64,000 bases of DNA, from positions 21,080,001-21,144,000 of the forward strand of contig CM060732.1 of the NCBI GenBank assembly GCA_030704615.1, read 5' to 3'. The number at the start of each line of letters is the position of its first letter. Positions within the stretch are counted from its first letter, which is position 1. The DNA is from Takakia lepidozioides. Its lineage: Eukaryota > Plantae > Bryophyta. A model generated the notes under the pieces. The model made no database searches and had not been told where the DNA came from. It saw only the letters and a list, made by a program, of their open reading frames with translations. The position numbers and the translations under genes were made by a program. Below, piece by piece: positions 1-9,150 of the stretch.

Positions 1-1506
1 CAACTACGGCGCCTTCAAAGGCAACCCCCAAATATCAACCCCCTGCCACTGTGGCAGATATTCTTATGCTACCAAAAGTACTCTGCACTTTGAGTGATTG
101 CTTATACTGGACGGTCCTCATTATCTAGTTTTCAACGTACATGTAAGTCTTCATAGGTTGATTAATGTGTGTTTTATGGTGGGTGCTGTGTGTATTTTAA
201 GTTGAAGGACAAAATCAGCATGTATGATCCTCATTTACCACGACACAGGGCTGCTAGTGGAATTGTCACTGGTGTGCCTGGCAAAGACACATATCACTGT
301 TGTGTTATACCTGAAGGATTGTGGCGGGTTGAGGTGAATGATATCTATATTGCCAATTGTGTCTTGCCTCATCCTAACGAGGAAGAGGTCCCACCGCAAA
401 CAATGTTGGAGGATGTCGTCGGTCTGAATTGTCTTTGGCTAGAGAAGAACATGAAGAGGGTTTATATTTCGTTCGCCCGGGCATAGACATTGCTGGCAGT
501 GAGAAGAAGGCAGGAAAGCAGTTCAGTGTTCCTAGCATGCATGTGGAGACGCCGTGTAGAAGTTAGGCTCAGACTTTTATCATGGCTGGATTTTGTTGAC
601 AGTGTTCCAACACTTAACTCTCTGGGATTCTAGTCTATTTTGTGGAGCTTGAATCCCCAATGGTACTTCTTTCACTACACTAGTGGTATGTGTTCCTCTA
701 GTCATGTTCATAGTTACTTGCACATCACTGTAATAGTGGTATAATTTAAAACTGTGGGAGTAGCCGAATGCACACAATTGCCTACATTACCACTCGTATA
801 GTGGTATAAGTAGTCACATATATATTACTGTACTAGTGGTATGAATTCCTCCAGTGGTATTCCTAATCACTTACACACCACTCTGTTAGTAATCACTACA
901 ATCCATAGTTCCCACTCAGAGAGACACCATGAATGATTCAAATAGCTTACACACCACTCTGTGGGTAATCATTCCAATGACCTGCTGAGAGACGTCATCC
1001 ACTCACATAACCACTTTGTGAGTGATATTGTATATTCTCCGTTTTCATAGAATGACTCTATGAGTCATTTTGTGATCACTCAACAAGTGGTTTCGGAAGT
1101 CATTGAATTTCACTCCATCCATTTCGTAGCACTGACACACGACACGTGTCCATGCTGAGTGTTGCCACGTGTTGACATAATCTCCAATATCATCCACAGA
1201 CCACCGGTTTACACGTCTCCACTACAAAACGGAAGTGGTTACTTTACCACTATGACACGTCAGTTTACCACTGTGATACGTCATAAGTGGTTGGTTTACC
1301 TTAGTGACATGTCAGCTAACAGGTCGACCCGGACGTGAGTGGTTCGAACCACTGTCTTTAACCACCGGTGCCACGTAATGTCTTTTACCACTCATTTGTC
1401 CTAATGCACTGGTTCTTCATCACTCTGAGGCCAAAGTGGTTTAGTGTCTTTTACCACTCAAAATGGGTGGTTAACAGAGTGGTTATTCAGCGTTTTTCTT
1501 CTAGTG
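1..1506 (+). mobile_element. Right end of a CACTA (En/Spm) DNA transposon, left part outside the window
   Basis: Terminus ...TTATTCAGCGTTTTTCTTCTAGTG at 1506 (reverse complement begins CACTAGAAGAAAAACGCTG). Dense ACCACT/AGTGGT subterminal repeats at ~660-1490. TnpA-like exon upstream. Confidence 0.85.
202..486 (+). CDS. Last exon of a putative CACTA TnpA-like protein (Tnp1/En/Spm-like C-terminal domain)
   Basis: Acceptor TTTTAAG| at 201. Peptide ...ASGIV...HCCVIPEGLWRVEV...LPHP...LEDVVG..CLW resembles TnpA C-terminal domains and lies just before the subterminal repeats. Confidence 0.55.
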   Translation: MKDKISMYDPHLPRHRAASGIVTGVPGKDTYHCCVIPEGLWRVEVNDIYIANCVLPHPNEEEVPPQTMLEDVVGLNCLWLEKNMKRVYISFARA

Positions 1507-2365
1507 TGCGTTTACGCATACAAGTACAGACATCCATTCTCTACTTTGAGGTATGATACCATACACATAATGTGTGCCCTTCTTTGCCAATACCTTTGCT
1601 CCATTTGTGCGACCAGCTTGCACTCCCGTTTCATCACAATTCCAGATTTGTGATGGGGGATACTTATGGAGATCATACATGCCTTGTAGGTTGGCATAGA
1701 AAGATTGACAATTTTCAACATTTACAGCTTTTGCTCTATTTACCTCCAAACCTTGAGCATAGCGCAAAGATATATCAGGATGACATCGCTTGAACCATCT
1801 CCACCACGAGTTCCCAGGTATACCCTCAACAAATGGTGTTGTGCGCTCTTGTGTGATTTCAGCAACTTTCAATTTCAGATGTCCGACATTGATGCCATGT
1901 CCCAATTCTTGCATATCGAAAATCCATTTGACAATGATATCCTCCTCATCTTTGGATAGCACTGTTGGACCTCCTTGCTTGCGACCATGCACGCTTGGAA
2001 CTTGGAATTGAGAATGAAGAGGTTGTCTATCTCTATTGGTAGGTTGTGTGTTTGAGGGAGGTTGACATGCTAGTTGTGGAGAGGGACAATGATGTTGAGA
2101 TTCTGTTGGCTGAAAATGATGAGGGTTGAACCTTGCAGGTTGAGGACGCAAAGGTTGGGAACAAGTAGAGATGGGTGATCTAGTTGTAAAAAGGAGAGAA
2201 ATGTGATCTCACATGAACATTGGGAGAAGCATTGGGCAAGTTGGTAATGTCTTGCAAAGAAATATGAGAGGGGTTTTGAGATTGAGCAAACTGAAATGTG
2301 TTTATGTCAAACTCTTGGCTGTCCTCTTGACTATCTTGGAATGTGTAATGTGGATCAGATGGCAT
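1507..2365 (-). pseudogene. pogo/Tigger-like transposase remnant (CENP-B HTH plus start of DDE_1)
   Basis: Motifs LSKDEEDIIVKWI, GIPGNSWWRWFKRCHP and IWNCDETG. Frameshift in a T-run near 2190. Truncated at 1506 by the CACTA terminus. Confidence 0.8.
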
Positions 2366-2703
2366 GGAAGAGATCCCTAGACTAAACGATGGTGCAGTCT
2401 ACTGGTGATTCTGCAATAGAAAAAGCAAGGCACAAGCATGACCATTGTGTCCACTCAATATTGTTGCACACTAACCTTTTAGTGAATGATAGCAACACAA
2501 GTACAATTCAGTTCAGCACAAGGAATGGGCATACAAAAATGCTATGCAACTGCGATGAGTGTCATGGAGGAAAAGTACTGTTGTTGGAAACAGTGAGGAA
2601 TCATTACATGATACACGGGAGGGATCCTCTTCTCCAACGCTGATCTCTTCCGGTAAGATCGCCACTTTCCCTTCAGCACTTTAGTTTGAATTTTGAATGC
2701 AAC

Positions 2704-3437
2704 TGTCGCGCACCTCACTTCGGTAAACTCCCCCTCAAGTCATAGTTACTCGCTTTGCTGCGCGCGCCTAACTCCCAACCTGGCCGCCGGCCAACTTGGA
2801 GCTTCGGCTGCTCACCGGGGCATAACGGTCCCCCCTTTGTTCTCCCAAAGCACCCTCCACCAATTTGGAACCAGCGGAATTCCCTTTGGTAGTTGGCAGT
2901 CCGGAACAGCTCCCCACTCTTTGGTCGCTTTCCGGCTCGCTCGCTTACTTACTAGTTTTTGGTCACCAACGGGCTTGCACCATTCTCGGGGTTACTACTC
3001 CCTATATATACTTCTGTAGCTGTCCGCGGGGGTTTCACAACCAGCCATGCCATTTTATGGCGAACCACCACGAACACCCTCGACTCCCGGTGATGAGTCG
3101 CGGTGAGTCTTGGCCCTCTCTCCACGGCCCCTATGGACCGTGATGAGTCCCAAGACTCCCCACGACTCCCACCACGAGGTCTCCGCCCTCATGGTGAGTC
3201 CTATGCCACCCCCACTAAGTCCCGCTAAGCTACCACCACCCCTTTGTGGAGCCACCCCCACCGCAACCCGGTGTGCGGGGCTCCACCTAGTGAGCGCCTC
3301 CGCCTCCTTGAGTGCCTTGGGCACTCAAGGGTGCTTCAGCCCCTCCATACCTATCGCTGCCGTTGCCCCCACCATAGGGGCAGCCCCTCATGTGTCCCGA
3401 CCCCCCCCCCTTGCCCTCAAGGCAAAGGGCCGCGACA
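2704..3437 (-). repeat. 3' LTR (734 bp)
   Basis: TGTCGCG...CGCGACA; roughly 98% identical to 8409-9150 by eye; TATATATA near 3003-3010. Confidence 0.97.
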
Positions 3438-3449
3438 CACACCCCTACC
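3438..3449 (-). other. Polypurine tract
   Basis: GGTAGGGGTGTG on the minus strand immediately before the 3' LTR. Confidence 0.75.
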
Positions 3450-4330
3450 AACAGGGAGTCGATGTCCTCATCGACTTGTCCATTTTGTAGAAACGAACAT
3501 CCAAGTTGTGGCGTCCCACATCAAGGAGTTTGTTTCCGTACCATGGCGTCCCATGGCAAAGAACCAAACCCCACACTTGACTCTACTCTCCACTAGCTAG
3601 TTCGGCCGACTTCCTCCAAGTCCCGGCCAAGGGTGGAGCCTCTCTAGCTCCTCCCAGTGCACTCTTCTTGGCCTACTTCAAGGCCAAGGAATGATCCTCC
3701 CCGAGGATCGAATCGCTTTACTGCAACAACATTGCTTGCGACCGCTCATGATGCCGCTTTTGGCATCACCTTGAGCAAGGGTTCACCTCGAACCCTCTTT
3801 GACTAGGAAGATAAACTTGAACCAACCGTGCGCCCCAATCACTACAATTGGGTCCGCCTTGGAATGCTGGCCTGAGGTACGGGAACACGCCGAAGCCGCA
3901 CTACGACTTCGTCCCGAGGCTACATGATTATAGTACGTGAACGGAAGCACGTAGCTTCCACGTTAGCCCGCACTACAAGGCAACCCCCTCGGTAGCGCAG
4001 CTATAGTACGCGCACGCGCCAGGTGCGCACTAGCACGTGAACTCCCAAAGAAGGCGTAAGTTTCCTTGCCCCTTGGATGGGAGTCACCCGATTTCGGCAC
4101 TACGCAAATACACGATTAACCCAATTTACCTCTCCCACTTTTATAAGCTAGCATGCATTCTACACACTAGCCAACCATACCATGCATCGCCATTCCAAAC
4201 AAAATAAGAAGCACAACATTTTGAAACATTTCATTTAAAGCAAATTTTGTACAATACAAGTTTTTGCAATCGGATTCCTGAGCTAGCTAAGCCGGGCTAA
4301 GCATGCATTTCCTCCCCCATGCTCCAAGGT
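3450..4330 (-). other. Highly structured non-coding 3' module of the retrotransposon RNA
   Basis: More than 12 visible hairpins, repeated UAGUG loops, two GACG tetraloops and no credible ORF (see findings). Confidence 0.6.
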
Positions 4331-4341
4331 TGATGTCCCCA

Positions 4342-7300
4342 TCAACGCTTCTTCCGCTTTTGAGGTCGGCCTTCGAACGCTGCAACCGCCTCGGATGCGT
4401 TTCCCATTTCTGAGGCACGCACCCAAGATGCCTCCACATGATGATAGCCCTTCCATTTGACGAGATACTCCGTTTCTTAGTTCTTGAACCTCCTCGACTT
4501 AAGTACTGCCTCCACCTCGTACTCAGGTTCATTTTCATGATCCAACAGCATAGGTGGCGGACACAACACTTGATGCCGATGCGGACGCGCTTCATCTTTG
4601 AAGTAAGGCTTCAAAAGAGAGACGTGAAATACTGGATGTACCTTGTTGTTTGCCGGCAGCTCCAATTCATACACATCCTCATTTATAACCTTCCGGATGC
4701 GAAAGGGTCCCGCATACGGAGGTACGAACTTCGGACTCACTTCCGGAGGTAGTTGAAAATTCTTGATGTTCAACCAGACCTCCGTACCTGCCTCAAACTT
4801 CACTTCCCTCCGCTTCCGATTCGCCTGCCTTTCATACCATTTCCTAGCTTTGGCAATGTTGTACTTTGCGAGCTTCAACAAACGCTCGCGTTCTTCCAGT
4901 ACCGCCGCTACTGCCGGTTCCTCAACGTCCTGGGCGGCCCAACTTGTCGGCACCAGAGGTGCTTTTCCATAGACCGATACGAAAGGGGAAACTCCCGTTG
5001 CGGAGTGTTCTGTGTTATTATAACAGAACTCTGTCGCGTCTAAGTGTTCCACCCAGTCTGTTTGGTCTGCCGACACGTAATTCCGCAAGATCTGCTTTAC
5101 TATGGAATTCACTCTTTCCGTTTGGCCGTCGATCGTAGGTCGGAAGGCGGTGCTCATCTTCAGCCTCGTCCCCATCTTCTTCCAAAGTGCCCTCCAAAAT
5201 TTACTCGTAAATTTTGGATGGCGGTCCGAGACAATATCCTTCGGGACTCCATGATGCTTTAAGACGTGGGCGAAGTAAAGTCGCCCTAATTCCTGCGCCG
5301 TTGCCGTCTCCTTGGTCGTCCCGGTTTGTACTGGATATCCACGTCGAACACTGCCAAAGTATCTTGCCACCTAAGTTGTTTTGGGGACAACTTGGGCTGC
5401 GTGGCAAAATATTTCACCGTAACATTGTCCGTGAACACCTTCACTGGGTTGGAACCAACATAGTGGCGCCAAAGCTTAAGGCAATGCACCACCGCCTTCA
5501 TCTCTTTTTCGTGCGTCGGCCACCGTCGCTCCACTTCATTCAGTTTCTTACTTTCGTAAGCCACTGGACGTCCATCTTGCATAAGTACACCCCCAATCGC
5601 GAAGTCCGACGCATCTGTATGAATCTCAAATGGACGATCGAACTCCGGGATTTTCAAGACTGGAGCTTCCGCCATCCGCTGCTTCAATTCAGCAAAAGCT
5701 TGGCCACAAAATGTGTTCCACACCCAGACTTTGGATTTACACAGAAGGTTCGACAGCGGCCCCGCGAACTTGGCGAAATTTCTCACATGCTTCCGGTAAT
5801 AGGAGGCGAGTCCTAGGAAGGATCGCACTCCCGGGACCGAAGTCGGAGGCTCCCAGTCCAAGATCGCCCTCACCTTTCTGTCATCCATTTTGATCCCATC
5901 CTGTGTAATCACATGCCCCAAGAACTCCACTTTCGTGACCCCGAATTCGCACTTTGAAGTTTTGGCGTACAGCTTCCCTTCCCGCAACTTTTGGAACACC
6001 CTTTTGAGGTGCTCCAGGTGCTCCTCCTTTGTTTTCGAGTACACCAAGATATCGTCGATGTACACGATCACAAAGTCATCCAACCACTCCTGAAAAAGGC
6101 TGTTCATCAGCGTGCTAAAGGTTGCAGGTGCATTGGTGAGCCCAAAAGGCATCACCAAGAACTCATATGAACCATACCTTGTCCTGCACGCGGTCTTCTC
6201 CTCATCTCCTTCCGCCACCCGAATTTGATGATAACCGGAGCGCAAGTCGATCCGGCTGAAATACTTCGCTCCTGCCAACCGGTCGAAAAGGTCGTCGATC
6301 CTTAGCAAAGGGTACCGGTTTTTAATAGTCACCTTATTCAAAGCCCTGTAATCGACACACATCCGCAGCGTCCCATCCTTCTTGTCTGCGAATAGCACTG
6401 GGGCTCCGTAAGGTGACTTACTCGGCCGGATGTACCCCTTTGACATTAGATCCTTGAGCTGAGTCTTCAGCTCGACCAACTCCCTGTGGCTCAACCGGTA
6501 GGGTGCCTTGGCAGGCGGTTCCGATCCCGGTATCACCTCAATCTTGTGGTCAACTCCTCTTCGCGGTGGCAAGCCGCTTGGTAAATCCTCCGGCATCACA
6601 TCCTGGTATTTCTCCAAAATCCCCTTGATCCAATCTGGGCTCGGCTCCCATCGCCTTCTCCTTTCACTTCTCTAATGTAAAGCAAAAACTGGGGCTCATG
6701 TGCCTCCTCCACGGCCCACTCCCTCGCTGACAGAAGGTTTATTCGCCCTCCCACGGATTTGGGCGTTTCCGACACTCGTAAGACCTCGCCACCATTCCCA
6801 CATGGCAGCGTGACTACTCTCTTGCGGCCATCTATGACCGCTCCGGATTTGCTCAAAAAGGTCATCCCCAAAATGAGATCCACTCTATCGATCTCGCAGA
6901 TGGTGAAGTTCTCACGTCCCTCCCAACTCCCCAGTTGAAGAGGAATATCAAACGCCAACCTTGTCGCCAACTGTGGTTCTCCTTTGGCAGAACGCACCTC
7001 AATAGAGACCCCCACGTCACTTGTTGGGAGTCCCAACTTTCGCGCCACCGCTGGCGTCATGAAGGAGTGCGACGCTCCTGTGTCCACCAACAGCGACACG
7101 TTAGTTCCGGATATTATCCCATCCACGAACAATAATTGACTTCCTTTACGTAGGGCGCCAGTTTCCTGATACAACTCACAAGAATAGTTGCCTACCTTGC
7201 AAGTCCTGGCGACCACCGCTTCCACCAAGCGATTGATGGTATCTTCCGACAGCTCCGTAGTTGCCCGAGTCATGTTCAATTGTCGAGGTTTCGAGCACTT

Positions 7301-8354
7301 CTTGGCCATGTGCCCGGGCTCCCCGCAATTGAAACACACTCCATCAAAGGTCGCCTTCTGCCCGCCATAAGCCGCTCCACCCGCTTTTCCTTTCGAAGCA
7401 CCGGGTGCCGCCTTGACGTGTGAAGGCCCTCCCTTCGATTTCCACGTGCCATTGTCGCCGCGTGGCCTATCCCATTTCTTTTCCGGTCGGAAGGAGTCAC
7501 CTTCCCGCCGGGTCTTCTTGTGGTTCAGCTCCGTACGGCCTTGTCTCTCACCCCTAGGGACATCCGAGAACATTCAGCCCTCTCAATTGCCTCGTTCAAA
7601 GTCTTGGGTGGCTTCTCCTCCAATTTCCGCCTGGCCCATGGGGCCAGTCCTGCCACAAGTTGAAGACCATTTCTGGTTCTGCCATGTCCGCGACTTCGAG
7701 CAACAGCACATTGAAAGCCTGGACATACCCCCGAATGTCATCTGTTTGCTTCAAATTCCTCATCTTGTCCCGGGCAAGCCATGATGCGTTGAGGGGCACA
7801 AACTGTCTCTTTATCAATTCCTTGAACCCACTCCAGTTCAAGGTTTCCGGGCTTGGACCTCGGTCGTGAAGGCATTTCTGCCACCATTGTTGAGCATAGC
7901 CCCTCAAATAGGTGGGAGCCACTTCCACCCGATCCTCGTCACTCAACTTGGCCGCCCGGAAGTACTGCTCTAGCTCCAGGAGCCAGGTGTTGAGTGCCTT
8001 CCGATTTCGGACGCCCTCGAAGGTGCCAGGTTCCTTAGGTTTCACCTTAAACTTTGCCTTAGTGGAAGTGGCATTAGCCGCCTTCAACACATCTTTCAAC
8101 ATCCCGCCAAACTGTGCCGACAACCCTTCCCAAAAGGCTGCCGGCATGGGAGGCATCTCTTGGTTTGTCGGAGCTCTCAAGGATTCCTTGGGCTCCGACT
8201 CCTTGGATTCCTCCCGCTCTTGAGCGACCTCGTTTTCGGAAACATGCATCGCTTCCTCAAACGGCCGCCTCGGTGACACGTCGCCCCCATCGGGCTCACC
8301 AGGATCATCATCTTTTGGGCCGTTCCGCTTTCGCTTCGGCGTGCCCGACCCCAT
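4342..8354 (-). pseudogene. gag-pol polyprotein (retrotransposon gag, CCHC knuckle, aspartic protease, RT, RNase H, partial integrase, chromodomain)
   Basis: CFNCGEPGHMAKKC; LLVDTGASH; YIDD; TDASD; GPF; YEVEAVL...EYLVKWKGY...SW. Three 1-nt frameshifts, an integrase N-terminal deletion near 5318 and an in-frame TAA at 4477. Confidence 0.95.
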
Positions 8355-8394
8355 GATGGGCCAATCCCAAGGACGATCGCGTACTGAACTCTAA

Positions 8395-8406
8395 GCTCTG
8401 ATACCA
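8395..8406 (-). other. Primer binding site (tRNA-iMet)
   Basis: TGGTATCAGAGC two bases after the 5' LTR on the minus strand. Confidence 0.95.
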
Positions 8407-8408
8407 AG

Positions 8409-9150
8409 TGTCGCGCACCTCACTTCGGTAAACTCCCCCTCAAGTCATAGTTACTCGCTTTGCTGCACGCGCCTAACTCCCAACCTGGCCGCCGGCCAAC
8501 TTGGAGCTTTGGCTGCTCACCGGGGCATAACGGTCCCCCCTTTGTTCTCCCAAAGCACCCTCCACCAATTTGGAACCAGCAGAATTCCCTTTGGTAGTTG
8601 GCAGTCCGGAACAGCTCCCCACTCTTTGGTCGCTTTCCGGCTCGCTCGCTTACTCACTAGTTTTTGGTCACCAACGGGCTTGCACCGTTCTCGGGGTTAC
8701 TACTCCCTATATATACTTCTGTAGCTGTCGCGGGGTTTCACAACCAGCCATGCCATTTTATGGCGAACCACCACGAACACCCTCGACTCCCGGTGATGAG
8801 TCGCGGTGAGTCTTGGCCCTCTCTCCACGGCCCCTATGGACCGTGATGAGTCCCAAGACTCCCCATGACTCCCACCACGAGGTCTCCGCCCTCATGGTAA
8901 GTCCTATGCCACCCCCACTAAGTCCCGCTAAGCTGCACCACCCCTTTGTGGAGCCACCCCCACCGCAACCCGGTGTGCGGGGCTCCACCTAGTGAGCGCC
9001 TCCGCCTCCTGAGTGCCTTGGGCACTCAAGGGTGCTTCAGCCCCTCCATACCTATCGCTACCGCTGCCCCCACCACAGGGCAGCCCCTCATGTGTCCCGA
9101 CCCCCCCCCCCCCCCCCCCCCCCCTGCCCTCAAGGCAAAGGGCTGCGACA
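8409..9150 (-). repeat. 5' LTR (742 bp)
   Basis: Copy of 2704-3437; C-run of 24 versus 10 in the other LTR. Confidence 0.97.

Larger units (their letters stand above)
2704..9150 (-). mobile_element. Ty3/Gypsy chromovirus LTR retrotransposon, integrase-deleted, inserted in TnpD intron 1
   Basis: Two TG...CA LTRs, 5-bp TSD GCAAC (2699-2703 and 9151-9155), PBS and PPT. Domain order gag-PR-RT-RH-IN-chromodomain. Confidence 0.97.

Noticed and set aside
3088-3175. GTGATGAGTC twice in the LTR, resembling a hammerhead (retrozyme) core
   Set aside because: Lacks the initial C of CUGAUGA, the GAAA box and the closing stems.
2693-3600. ORFs of 68-126 aa within the LTRs
   Set aside because: GC-rich low-complexity frames not preserved between the two LTRs.
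3840-4169. CACTA pentamers read as CACTA transposon termini or CRISPR-like repeats
   Set aside because: All in one orientation with no extended TIR or TSD; repeat only 5-6 nt; no cas genes.
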